Source of the DNA: Macrostomum lignano
Lineage: Eukaryota
Reading direction: 5' to 3'
Assembly: GCA_002269645.1 (NCBI GenBank)
Contig: NIVC01002654.1
Location: 62,001 to 126,000 of the forward strand
Length of the DNA: 64,000 bases
Each line of letters starts with the position of its first letter. The first letter of the stretch is position 1. Of this stretch, positions 1 through 39,247 are shown piece after piece. Position numbers and translations under genes: made by a program. Below the pieces are notes generated by a model that did no database searches, was not told the origin of the DNA, and worked only from the letters and a program-made list of their open reading frames with translations.

Positions 1-3000
1 TACAATGCGACTCCTTCCAGTTCCAAAGTCTACTTCCACCGCTTGTCCTTGATTGACTTGCTGGTCGTAGAATGATGAAATCATTTTACCAGATTGACCA
101 GGGCGATATGCAAATAGACCCTGTTTTATCATTTTAGTGCTGATCTTCGCCTTATCAAAGTCGCCTATGGAGGCCTGCAGAGCGGACAGTTTCAGTATCT
201 TCAGGTGCACCCACGAGTCATTGGTAACTGATTCATCCGGGAGCAAGTTGATCGCCAAGAAGTCTGTGCCGCTAGGCTGGCCCAGGCTGTAGAATTCGGA
301 ATTTCCAGTTAAAGTGCGCAGAAAACTGCCATCTCTGGCGGACCATAGGTTTAACATGCAGCCAGATCTGCCTTTTGAGAGCAACAAGTCACCATTAGAA
401 CTGATGAATAGAGAGTCCATCAGAGGCGCTATTTCCTTACTGTCGTCCTGGTCTAAATTGTGCGTCTCCTCTAGCACTGAATGGTAGGACAGCTGTGCGG
501 ATGAACCGTCGCAGAGGTTGCAGACAAAGCCCATACCGCTCTGCACCGGTGAGCGAAACATCAGAGCAGCTGTTCCACCATCTGCGGACAGTACTATGCT
601 AAACTCGTGGTTTGCATCGGTCGCTGGACGGATTAACTTCCAGAAAGCACTTTTGTGTACTTCTTTACTATTGATGGTGAAGCAGTGCACACTAAATGCT
701 ACGCTGTGTGAAGCATTCTCTGGCCCCTCTGTGCGTGTGATGATGAGAAGCTTTCCGTGCAAGACGAACGGGCAAAACGACTGGAACTGTGAATTCAGAG
801 CTCGTTCTGTCAGCTCAGGACAGCCCAGCTCGACTTCAGTACAGTACTTATCAAGAATAAGAAGACGTGGAACGTGGGCTGGAGGTCCAGTGGCATCATG
901 ATCTGAAAACAACTCGGAATGTCCTACAAAGAACAAGAACTGATCGCCGTTCAATATCGGGCCCTCCCAGCGCGATTCGCTAGCCAGTAACCGAACCAAA
1001 TGTAGCGGTTCAGGTCGCAACAAATAGAAAGGTGTTCTCGAAGCTGACTCTGACGTTTTCTTTCTAAGAACGAGGTGTTTGTCTGATGCAGCGTAAACTA
1101 GGTTGTCACCAGACTCGGCTGCCGCCAGAGCAATCTCACCGGGCAAAGAGTCCATGACGACTCGCCAAGCTCCAGTGTGCAAATTCGTTTTGAATATTTT
1201 GTAAGTTTTGTTGTCGTTGGGATCCTCTTTAGCAATGGAAAGATAGCAGCCACTCGGCTGGAGAGTCCGCATATGACGCAGATGAATATGCAAAAGCACT
1301 GGACTTTGGCATTCAATTTTCTTCAGTTCGTTGCCCTCATGATCGAACCACCAAACAGTTCCGTCTAAACGGTCGTCGAGTGACACGGCGTATATTTGGC
1401 CTGACTCGCAGAGCATACCGAGGGCCAGCTGCACCTGCACAGTGCACTGGGTGAAGCTGCTGCCGCTATCGAAGCAGCTGTTCAGCGGTAGGATTCGAGC
1501 TGTACTGGCGTTGTCGTCCCGACAGCCGTTCAGAAGGCGCTGAATATTGCGCGACTCTTCCGCAAAGTGACGCAGGCGGCCGCACAAGTCGACAGCGAGG
1601 GCCAGGGAGCTGTGGCCAAGGCTGAGAGACGCCACGCGGATTGCGTTGAACACTCGTTCCGCGTCAACTGCTGCATTCCAGTCACCTTTTTCGGACTCGT
1701 TGAGGTCTAGAAACAAGCGCAAGTCCCTCATCAGCTGGTAGCGAGACGAACTGGTCAGCCTAGCCTCCAGGTGAACCACATTGAAGGTCACTTCGCGATG
1801 GAATTCTTCAATACGACCGCTGCGTACCAGATGATAGGGCAGTTCGCTCAGCTTCCTCAGGTTTAGCCGTCTGCTTCCATCGGCCTGCATCTGCAGAGTG
1901 TGTGGCTGCGCTGCCACTTGTCTGTCCGCTTCAGTCGGTGGCGCAATGCCCTGAAAATTTCAGCAATTTTTTTGGCTTAAAGTGCTTTCTACGACTAAAG
2001 TTCCATGTCCTTTTCATCTATCTCAAGATTGAGAGTAAGTCTTACTTGTCGAGATAATTTGGCAGCCAGATTTGTTGGACAATGGAACGGTTTCGCTTTT
2101 CCTGCCCAGACGCCCAGGAAGTAATCAGCCAGACGAGAGTGAGTCGCCCGGGCGTGAGCAGAATCCACGAACAGGTACTCACGCGCAACCTCCCAGAACT
2201 GCCTGTGGTACCAGAAAAAAACTCTGCTGGCATCGGCCTCTCTCTCGACAAGGTAGTCACCGATCTCGTGTCTCAGTCGCGTCCAGCAAAGTGGCGGCAC
2301 TCGAATGAACGGCGGCAGGTGATGCGCGAATATCTCGCCCAGCACGTCCTCATCTAGAGACAGGAGGTCTTCCATTTCAACGTCGCTCAGACCGTTTCTA
2401 GACGCTGTGATGTAAGACAGCGAGTGGCGCACTAGCAGGGTGCCAAATTGCTTCTCCAGTCGACCGAAAAAGTGAATGATGGCGCCTCGAACTGTGTGCT
2501 GTAGACTTTCAATTGGCGTGTAGGATCGCCACTGCACAACCTCGTTGAACATCAGAGTCATGAAGATTGGCAGGCTGCACTCATTGAATGCGCTTTGCAC
2601 CAGTTTCCATTGCGACGCAGTTAGGCATCGCCCTCGCGTTTCCAACATCTGCTGCACGATGCTGCAACACAGCGACGGCTCCAGGCCGCGAACCTCGATG
2701 AAAGCGTCCGCATCGTTTTCAAGCAGCCTCTGGCACGTGTCCAGAATTCCGTGCAGCTCTGGTAAGCAGCTCAAAACCAACTTCATGTTGTTGGGCTGTT
2801 CAGCTCGCAGCCAGTTCAGCGAGTGAGCTCCATCTGATGCATCCAGCTGATCCAATGAATCCAAGAGCACAAATATCCTGAAGTTCGAAGGGGTAAGAAA
2901 AAGGTGTAATTGGAAAAATAAATCGAATGCTGCCATAGCCAAACTAACCTCCGTCCTTGTTGGCACAATGTCTCAGCCATGCGGTAGAAGTTCTCTACAA

Positions 3001-5505
3001 GATCGCGGAAGTCCTCCAGCGTCTGTAGCAGCTCGGTCTCAGATTGAGACATAAATACCGCCATTTGCAGACAAATAGATTTCAGAGTCTGTCGAATGCT
3101 GGATGACGCTGGACTTGTTCCCAGAAATCTCATAAAAATCAGAGCCTCGGATCGCTGCGACTGGGGAAGCCAGTCTCTGATCAAGACTCCGGCTCTCGCT
3201 AGCACGGATGTCTTGCCGCTGCCTGAGCAGCCGTAGATCACAACAGGGCGAGTTGACGGCCCCATCAGTTGGCGTTTCACAGCTTCCATGCAGCTCTGCC
3301 GACCTTGAAACTGTTTCACATAGCTCACACACTGGTGCGAGTGCTGCAGCACCTCTGTGTACAGACTGTCCGACTCCAGGCCAGACAGCTGATTCATGCC
3401 TCGATCGATCAACCGGCGCAGCTGAACCTCGAAATCGACCGCCAGCCGACCTTCGTAGTCCGCGTCGCCTTTGGTGACGGAGCTCCAAGTTACTCGATGC
3501 GTGACAATGTTGTCGGCCGGCAGCACGGCAGGCAGCTGCTGTTCCTTCAGTCTCTGAAGTTTCTCGAATGTTGCCTCATCTAAAGTGCCATCAGACAAAG
3601 TCTGTACAAATCTCGACACTGTTGAATCACCCGCCGCCACCTGCTGCTTCACATCTTCGATCTCTCGGCAAAACAACAGTGCATCTTGCCTACGACTATC
3701 TCTGCACTGAAAGACACCGTGAACAAACTCCAGGTGAGTGACAGATGCCGAGTAGCGCAGCGCCTGGTCTGGGCTCATCTCGCCCAACTCGACCGCCTCC
3801 TCCGCAGCAGCCGAGACCGCATCGATCAGCAGTCTCTCCTCGCTCCACCAGCCAGCTCGGGCCTCCTCCGCCTTGACCTCATCTCCATTGGCTAGCGACT
3901 CCGGACTCTGGAAGACAAACACCGGGTCGTCCGTCAGGTTCTCGTCCAGGCGGTACCACTTGTGCAGCAGAGCAAGCGTCGTATCGCTGCCGCTACTTTT
4001 GATTCTTCGCACTATAATCTCCATCTCAGATTGCTGGACCTTGTGTGGCAGCTGTCTTGAGCCGTAGCGGTGGCTTAGAATCCCCTGATCAAAAATAAAT
4101 TAATAGTTTTGGCGATTTGCTTGATAAAAGTAAAGCTTATTGGCAATAGTGACTAACCAAGAAGTGAGGGCCGATGGAAAGTCGCTGACAGTTCAGCAGC
4201 TCTGCTAAGCAAATTTCAGTAGCGGTCCGGTCAATGGTGGCTCCGTCTTGGATGCCCCATCGCATGTCGACAATCTGCAAGAAGATTATAAAATATAAAT
4301 GCGCTGTTTGTTACTGGCTTATTTCAAGCATTATTGTCCATTAAGTGTCGATATGTAAATATGCGAGCTATTTACGTTGAATGCAACTCCGTGCTGCTCG
4401 CGACAATAGCGCCTGAGCTTGGGATACACCTGGTTCATGATCACGTTTCTCTCCGTGTGCATGTCTGCAATCGTGAGGTTTTTATAGTTTTTTTATCATT
4501 GCTCAAATGTAAAAAGTTATATTATGATACTAACGAAAACAAGGACACTCAGGCGCAACGCCTTCGGCGACACCGCCCCACAACCAGCTTACACGGTGTG
4601 AATCGCTTGACAACCCCCTAGGCCAATTTTGCTCCGCCTATTTAAGCAGAGGTTGTTTCAGTCCTCCAGAACTCACCAGAGAAAGTGGAGCTCAGAAAGA
4701 CTCGAACTGTTCTGGAATTTTTCTCCGGCAAATCTGACGCAGAGGACAAAAGATCGCCAGACATCAACCGACGAAAGACGTTCTGAGACTCGGACTCCAG
4801 CAGCAGCGCGGGAATCGCCTGGGTGAATCGCTTCACAAGAGCGGGCCTCCGACGGCGTTGCTGTCCTTCGGTGACGGCGGGTGCCTTCGCAGCGTCGGAG
4901 CCCCTTTGTAGAAGACGTGCCCTGTCGAGTTACGATTTAGATAAGGGTGGGGGTTCAATCTGCGATACCGTAGCTTACAGGGCTTTTCGATCAGTGCCTG
5001 TAAAGATTCAAGACCACGCTATGGATACGCTATACACACAATAGATGACTACGTATGCCGTATTTCTGCCCTGACAATCTGACATTTCTTACTATCAGGA
5101 ATTCTGCACATTGCTGGGTTTTGGCTCTAGCGATGTATAATCAAATCAAACTACAGCAACCAGGCCAAAATCCTGTGAGGTTAACAACAAACTAACTGGC
5201 ATGAAATCTAACTTGAAAACTTTCCTGGGAAATCTGTGTGATGATTATTTAGTTAATTTAAGTTATTTTCTAATCCAGTTTGGACGCTAATCTCACCCAG
5301 ACATCAACTTCGTCCATTTTGAAACTTTTGATTTAGCCGCCGCTGCAGGTGCCACTCGCTGGCTAAGCCGCTTCAATAATGATGGCCGTCGAGCCATTGG
5401 GCCTCCGCTGCTTCCTCCAGTAGTGTGGCCGACCGCGGGAACAGTTGCATCGCCACTTTCCTTTGTCTCTTCTTCCTGAAGTTTGCATAAGAAAACACCC
5501 TTCAT
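1..5505 (-). CDS. NACHT and WD40 repeat protein (DUF4062-like/NACHT/WD40, NWD1/NWD2-like); 3' end lies beyond the left edge
   Basis: Hand-spliced exons 5505-5297, 4921-4677, 4464-4376, 4274-4158, 4084-2949, 2877-2046, 1950-<1, all GT-AG with matching phases. Motifs: [24 protein letters not shown], Walker [13 protein letters not shown], Walker [32 protein letters not shown]. The last exon is in the same frame at both ends (1950 and 1-60), which fits one long exon leaving the window and would explain its absence from the ORF track. WD40 repeats are inferred from family architecture. Confidence 0.88.
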
Positions 5506-6881
5506 TTTAAAGTTTGAACTATATTACTTTATAATATTTAAGAAGCCTTTTAAATTTTCTTTAAATTGAGGAAAAGTTAAATATATAATATATTTTACTT
5601 TTATATTAAAGTAAAAATATTTTACTTGGGAAAATTGTAAGTATATAGACTTCAGATCATAAATATTTGATTTGGAAGCCTTTACTTAGCAAACTAGTAA
5701 TTTAGTCTTTGATTGGTATGCTTTAATGTTTACCTTTTCTGAATGATTTATTGTGAAACTTTTTACTCAAAAATATACTAATAAAGTTAAAAATCACAAC
5801 ATACAAATAGGAATAGCAGCTTACAAAATTAATTTAATATTAATATTACTATCTTTTTAAATATTTTATTTAAATATGCTTCTAGAATACAGAAAAGTTA
5901 TAAAGATACATTATACAAATGATGCATGTTACATGAAAAGGAAATTGTTTGCAGCAAATTTTTATGTCTCATATTGCATACAGCATACTGTACAATGAAA
6001 CTAGGTCTAATATGCCTAATTCAAAAGGCTGTGAAAGTCTGGGAAAGATTGAAAGTTACTTTTACAAGCACAAATTTCCAAAACAGCCCAAAAGTTCTGA
6101 TAAAAATCTGTTAAATTTGAAAAGCTGGAAATTTAATTGCAGGCTTATCAAATTTTAAAATTTAATTTTCTGGAACCTACGGTTTCTACCCAGGTTAATT
6201 TATTAAGTTGAAAAATATGTTTGAAAAATTGCACAGGTGTTTTTTAGGAGTATGAAACGAAAAGTTAACATTAATAATTGCCATCTTCCTTATTATTGTA
6301 TCAGTTTAATTTTGTACCATTACATAGTTAATTTAACTATTAGAAGACTGATATCAAAGGCTTAGTCTCTTTCAGTCTTTATCAAAGAATGATAGAAATA
6401 CTTAGGGCTAAGCTTCATCAAACCATAATAACTGCGTAACTCGCAATTAACCTACCAATTATATTGACTTTTGTGCCCACGTGCATGAGTTTAAGTTTTA
6501 AAGCGTATTGGAAACGTAGTCTCCAAGTTTTATATAAATAAAACATAAACAGAAGTTAAGGACATTAAATAAAACTTTAGATAAAATTGATTTATTGTGT
6601 TATGTTTACTTCAAAATTAACAATTTTTTTCTAATTTGTTTAGCTACGTACAATTATGCGGTATAGCAACATTTTCAAGCAAAGTAAAGTATTATTAAGT
6701 AAATAATGCATATAATTGTTCAGTTATATTTACAAATTATATTTTCAAGATTTTTATTTTGTTCCCACTTTGACTAATATATAAGAAGCAAATAGATGGT
6801 TTCTAATTATTTGAATTCGCTTGCACATTACCCTGGAGACTTCCCTTGCCCATGCTATCGATCCAGACAGCATCAATTTAA

Positions 6882-7102
6882 TGTTATAAAATAAACCGAT
6901 GATTGATTTTGGCTGGCGATAAAGAAAACGAAGTTAGGGCGGTCGCAGCCCAGAATTCATTTTTTTCTAACTTAAACACAGGTCAATGGTTGGGCGTTGG
7001 CGGAGAAATATTATTTGAGTACATTGTGCGTACAGTGAAAATAGAGAAAATAACTTATGGATGAAACAGGCGGCTAGCTTAGGCCAACTCATTTTTTCGA
7101 CA
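6882..7102 (-). repeat. 3' LTR of the BEL/Pao element (221 bp, TG...CA)
   Basis: Starts TGTCGAAAAAAT right after the polypurine tract and ends TTTTATAACA on the minus strand. About 100 bp are shared with 9591-9690. Confidence 0.8.
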
Positions 7103-7117
7103 CTCCTCCTTTTTCCT
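7103..7117 (-). promoter_or_regulatory. Polypurine tract (AGGAAAAAGGAGGAG)
   Basis: 15-nt pure purine run directly before the TG of the 3' LTR on the minus strand. Confidence 0.75.
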
Positions 7118-7199
7118 ACGAATTCGAAAGTCGTGGGAAAGGACAAAAATAATGGTCTGAGGATTGAACCTCTAAAAAAATCAACGACTGGACTGGCCA

Positions 7200-8128
7200 T
7201 CTCACCCGTTCCCAGCGCCGGGAATTCCCAGCACCCGCAACGCGAAGAAGAACCGAACGGATAGCACCATCACGGCCAGGACGCACTTCCTCGACAATAC
7301 CCAATTTCCACTTGAGTCTTGTTGTCGAGCTTCACCTGCCAGAAGAACCACTTCACCAACATTTGGTGAACGGTGGTTTAGGTTGATCCTTTAGGGCTTT
7401 CTCGAGCAGAAACTCTAAGTAGGACGTCTTCCATTGGTTCCAAAACCACCCAGAGCTGCTTTAAGCATTCTAAGCCGTTTCGGAAGCGGTAGAACGGAGT
7501 CCGCCTCACCGTCGATATCTTCCGGTTCTTGGCTGAGACGACTAGCTGCAATTAAATGGGACGGTGTGATGACCTCCATACCATCGCCTGAATCCGAAGG
7601 TACATGCAACAGCGGCCGACAGTTAACCACAGCTTCGATTTCCACACTTAGAGTATAATCAACTGGTCGTAGCTGATGCCAATTGTAGCATCCCAGAGGT
7701 TTTCCAGTAACCTCCCCACCACGGGGCTCGCTCGGGCACAAAATGCCAACAATTAATCTTCTTCGACGAACAGAACGACTGCAGCTCTTCTGAGATATTA
7801 GCGCCGAATCACTGACGACGGAGGGAATGCCTCTTCGAGCCACGAACCGACGCAGTGCATGCAGAAGCTGTTCGCTGTCCATACTCGAAACAACTTCCAG
7901 GTGAACGGCTCGAGTTGCTGAGCAAGTGAAGAGCAGGATGTACGCCTTTTTGCTCTCACCACCCTCCCCCGTCCGATAGAATTTCGGACCATCATAATCC
8001 AGTCCTACGGTACGAAAAGCACGAACAGTTGACAGACGGAAGGATGGAAGCTGCAGAACCGCACGCACGGAAACCGGTCGCCCTTGAAACTTCTTGCACA
8101 CAACACACCCCGTCAGTAACTGCTTCAC
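7200..8128 (-). pseudogene. Frameshifted BEL/Pao integrase (Zn finger, DDE core, DUF5641-like tail)
   Basis: Integrase motifs are spread over several frames (ORFs 7415-8128, 7798-7995, 7116-7304). Confidence 0.85.
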
Positions 8129-8430
8129 ACGCTGTCTCGCCTTTAAAATCCAAAAACGTTCACCTTAGGTGGATATTTTTGACGAGACGCGCCTTGAGCA
8201 CATATGCTTACGTGATGCTTGCCGGAGCAATCACGGCACTTCTGCGGATCGCGACTCTTCTCTTTTGCTAGAAATTGTCTACGCCTTTCAACGGTCGGAA
8301 ACTCCATGCAATTTTCCGAATAATGCGATGCTTTGCAATAGGTTCGTAGCGTCTGGTGCTTTCGGTTGCACTGCTACCAGTGTTGATTGATTGATTGCTA
8401 CCATTGACATTGATGCGTTTGAAGCTTGCT

Positions 8431-8988
8431 TTAAATCTGAATGAGATGCTTGTGAAGTTGACTTGTGGCTGAGCTGCGATCCAGCGGACTCCCGCACAAA
8501 AATTTCATTCTTGTAGTAATGTCGTCGTGAAACTGCTGAAGACACTTTAGAGATGAGTCCTGGAGACGAAGTTCAGATATCGCCCCCGTGAATGTCGGAA
8601 TTTGCCTCTTGGGAAGCTTGATCTGCGACCCGGACTCTACGGAACGACTTTTGGCCGCTGACTCCTCCGGCGATTGTTGACTATTGAAAGTTGCTTCCAG
8701 CATCTTGATGCAGCTGGTACACTTCATCGAATAAGCTTGATTCTCTTCCACTTCAGCATCCAGCCCCTCTTCAGCGACAGACTCCTCTATGGCTTCATCC
8801 AATGCTTGCACTGCCGTCAATTTCGACTTCAGAATCTGCACAATTTCCTCCGCATCCGCACGATTTGCAGCTCGACCAATATCCACGGAGAGAAGATGGT
8901 CAGCCTTTCCAACAGCCTTCGTGATCGCCGCGTGGATACCTGTACGCTTCCTGACTGCTGAAGATACCTCGTCTTCACTGAGAACCAT
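8431..8988 (-). pseudogene. Truncated BEL/Pao gag (helical N-terminus and start of a DUF1759-like region)
   Basis: ATG at 8988, RKRTGIHAAITK coiled-coil-like start, SQIKLPKRQIPTFTG motif, after which the frame degenerates. Confidence 0.7.
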
Positions 8989-9577
8989 GACGACTTGAAT
9001 TGGGAGATGCTGCTAAAGCCAAGAAGAACTCCTGACTGAGAACTTGAAGACAGCCAGCCCAAAAAAAAGAAGCAGACTGCAGGAAAACACTTCGAGTGAA
9101 CACGAAGACAAGCGAATGCAAAAAATTCAACAACAAAAAACAAGTAAATTTGGTAAGACAAACTCTAAAAGTCCAGAATTTGAAGAATTTAACGATCAGC
9201 TATTAACTATACGTATAACTGTCAATAATGTTAACGAGATGCGCAAAAAAGACGTAATTCAAAAGGAGAAACAGTTACGATACTCATCAACGCAAGGACG
9301 GTCGACTGTTCGACATCGATCAGAGAGAGCCTGGCTGAAGGTTGCAGCTCGTGGAACCCGAGGGACCGGAATACCGTTGACGGGACCACCGCTGCAGCGA
9401 TCCGGAGGCCGCGAGCTGCTGCTTACTCTGACGACTGCGCTTCGCCGAAAGCCAACATAGTAGCCCCGTGCAGAGCGCAACAGTTGGAGAAATATCGCTG
9501 CGCTAGAGATTCAGTGCAGTTGCACTAACTTGAGCTTCTGAAGGCCGCAATAGTTTTAACTAGTATGTTGTACTTTT

Positions 9578-9590
9578 TGTTCGGGCGCCA
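9578..9590 (-). promoter_or_regulatory. Primer-binding site complementary to the tRNA-Lys 3' end
   Basis: TGGCGCCCGAACA on the minus strand directly after the 5' LTR. It matches the first 13 nt of the well-known tRNA-Lys(UUU) PBS TGGCGCCCGAACAGGGAC. Confidence 0.85.
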
Positions 9591-9703
9591 TATAAAATAA
9601 ACCGATAATTGATTTTGGCTGGCGACAAAGAAAACGAAGTTTGGGCGGTCGCAGCCCAGAATTCAGCTTTTATATTTTCTAACTTAAACATATTTTTTCG
9701 ACG
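9591..9703 (-). repeat. 5' LTR of the BEL/Pao element with an internal deletion of ~110-120 bp
   Basis: Matches both ends of 6882-7102 (GTCGAAAAAAT...TGTTTAAGTTAG...TTATTTTATA) but lacks the middle. Confidence 0.75.
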
Positions 9704-10063
9704 AATCCAGGGTGACGTTGCAAGTGCTGTCGGTTGTTAGAGAAAAGTAAAGGTGCATCCACTTCAATGGGCTAAGCAAAAGTCAAGGCCAATTTCGAAA
9801 CCACTTTAAAATCAATGCTAATCACCTAAAAGCAGGAGTTTACGAGTATATATACTCTTTGAAAACCTCAGGGGAAGGAACAAGCTTTTTGAAATCCAAT
9901 AAGAGAAACAAGAGCAGCTGTAAATTAATATTTCGTGTCCACAAACCAATGTCCTTTGCTTGTTGTAAGTGCAAGCCTGAGGCACTAAAATCTCAAGTGT
10001 TATTTACGAACGCATGGAAACAAAAACTAGAAAAGGTGGCACGCAATCGCACAGCACACCAAC

Positions 10064-10657
10064 TATACTGTCCGTCAAAAGTTCCGGAACCCTTGCTACG
10101 ATGTCTTCTAGCGGACATAATTTCAGTCCGTTTCAATTGTAACTTGATTCAAATGAAAGCTGCGGATCTCAGCTCCATGATGTGGTCAAGAAAAAGTTTA
10201 TTCGAAGGAGCGCGTGTGAACAGGCCAGTGTTATGTACATAAAGGTTAGAGAAAAAAGTGAGGAAAAGACAAACAAGCAATTGTCTATGGTTGCTGAGTC
10301 TATGGAGCAAACACACATGGGAAGGAATCGGTTTGCGCGCAGTGTTCAGCCTGGCTAACATTAGTCTATGGCCAAAACTTGTGTTGAAATCAACAGGCTC
10401 TTATGGATTCTTGTGCAGTCAGCTTTCATGGGAGAGTCAATTGCTTGTTTGTCTTTTCCTCACTTTTTTCTCTAACCTTTATGTACATAACACTGGCCTG
10501 TTCACACGCGCTCCTTCGAATAAACTTTTTCTTGACCACATCATGGAGCTGAGATCCGCAGCTTTCATTTGAATCAAGTTACAATTGAAACGGACTGAAA
10601 TTATGTCCGCTAGAAGACATCGTAGCAAGGGTTCCGGAACTTTTGACGGACAGTATA
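10064..10657. mobile_element. Foldback/MITE element with ~220-bp terminal inverted repeats, probably Tc1/mariner-derived
   Basis: 10064-10283 is the reverse complement of 10438-10657, and the ORF track shows identical peptides on opposite strands. Ends are TA-TACTGTCCGTCAAAAGTT, consistent with a TA target-site duplication. 154-bp non-coding spacer. Confidence 0.85.
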
Positions 10658-11776
10658 CCAAGCCAGTTTATATACACCGTCTATGACGTCCGTGATGCCG
10701 GCATTTGGTTTGTACCTCATGCTGACGGCAAGGACCACTAGGAACACTTCGTTATACATAAATCTAGTAGTCCTTGGGTGACGGTCTCTACGCCTCCGTA
10801 ATTTTACGGCTCCCCGCGTAACAAAGCTGATGCAAAGCTAGCTTAAAAAATAATTAATTTCGCGAAAAAAACTTCTAGACGCATGTGGCGTGACTTTGCT
10901 GCGTTTTTCCTGTATAGAAAAGGCCCTCCGACAGCGAAGGACCGCGAGCTTTCCAAAAAAAATATGTCTGAAGAATAGCAGTCGGTTTCATGCAGAACCT
11001 TTGTTATAATATGGACTGTATATGAGTAGTACGACCCTTCCTCCACCCTCTCATCTTGTATAATCGCACCAAATTATTGCCAGGGACTTCTAGAGCTAAA
11101 TAGAAATGCTGTTTTTAGGAGTCCCTGCCCAGACGACGAACCTACTGATTCGCCTGCATGACCTCTATATTTATGTTACTTGTTAGTTCTCATGTTGCTA
11201 GCTAAACAATCACATCAAATAAATTGGTTAGCAAAGCAATTGTTTACAAATCAATGAAAATTAATTGTGCCACAAAATTTGACACAGCTGTGGAGTAAAA
11301 CAATTCTTGCGTATACCTGTAGACCAAAAGACATTACATGTACGTGTAGTTGACTTAAAAATCACGAAATGACGCAACGCAAAAACTTGTTTATATCCGA
11401 TTAAGCATGAAATTAGCTAAATGAAAGTCAGACAGCAATAGCTGGAAGCGCACATTTACAAATTAAATTCTTACGCATAATACCAAAAAATTAACAAAAT
11501 GAATAACATACACGTACACTACGGCTCGCAGTGAGTCGAATTGATTTGAAGTTTCATTTAAACTTGCACAAAAACTTTTGCAGGCAGCTGTTGGTGCTTC
11601 ATACTATGTACTATTACACTGCAGGCGCCTCGATCTGAATGCATAATTTATGAGCAGGTTTTAGAAATGACTATATTTTATGACTTATTATGACTGGCAG
11701 GGAGTAGAATGAGAAATCGATTTACAGGAAATACGTTTTCCGAAAATTATTTCGTCTTGGAAGCTACTTTGAGCTT

Positions 11777-14774
<2,998 letters not shown>

Positions 14775-15708
14775 CTAACGGACTCGCCCCTGACTGTTAA
14801 AGCGGTCTCTTTATCTGTGCATGAGCGAGCCTTGCAACTCTCTCTCCCACTCTATTTTGCTCAGCCCAATGTCTCCCGTCCCTGACCCCAGCTCTACCAA
14901 TGCCGAGCACTACACATAAGCGATACTGCAGTGTGTAGCCCAGTCTGCCCCAGCACACACTCAGGCAAGCGCTTATCGATATAATATATGAATATCTTAC
15001 ACAGCTAATCCACGCCCACAGATCTACTTAATGGACTCTTATCGATTGAATTTTTATCCAACCCAGCAACACCTGCAGCACCCCCAATTTCTTCTCCAAT
15101 ATAAAATTGTGCATCCAAAGTCCAAGCTATACTACTGCTCAACTGGTCATAGCCTAGCTATCAAATGAGAACAGTTTCAAAAAAATCCCAAACCCAACTA
15201 CAAAAATCCCCCCCCCGCGTGTGGGCGGAAATGCGCCATTAGCACTGTCTCCCACTGCACTGACATAAACAAAAACGCTACGTCAAAACTACTCGTACTT
15301 ATTGCTGAAAATCGCTGAGTAGTGCGATTGTGTATTAATAGTAAAATTAATGTGCTTTAGTGATTAATAAATATTTCATTTTATTTAAAGACTTTAGAGC
15401 TACTGAGTCATGATTAGTAGTATAAAAAAATCTGAAATATAAAAACAATAGTAGGGCCTACTCAACAAACATCGGTAATAACAAATAGAATCGGGATAAA
15501 AGTTGAAAATTATTTCTAGAATAAGACTTTGGGGGCAGGGTCCTGCAAATATTCAACTTTTACTTCACATGGCAAACTTAGTAAATTTATTCGAGCAAAA
15601 CAAAACTAAGACTGCGTCAAATTTAAACATGAAGATAAATATAATCAGTTTATCAATTATATAAAGTCTGTTTTCGATACATATCGGCACACAGGGCTCA
15701 ATCGCTAA

Positions 15709-39247
<23,539 letters not shown>

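Larger units (their letters stand above)
6882..9703 (-). mobile_element. Internally deleted, degenerate BEL/Pao LTR retrotransposon (~2.8 kb)
   Basis: Direct terminal repeats, tRNA-Lys-type PBS, PPT, gag-like ORF (LPKRQIPTFTG) and BEL-type integrase motifs (CVVCKKFQG, VGLDYDGP, YILLFTCSATRAVHLEVV, LRRFVARRG, GIVEEVRPGRDGAIRSV). No RT, RNase H or protease seen. Confidence 0.9.

Noticed and set aside
1-5505. Calling this gene TEP1
   Set aside because: No TROVE or vWA N-terminus is visible, and the motifs fit the NWD-type proteins.
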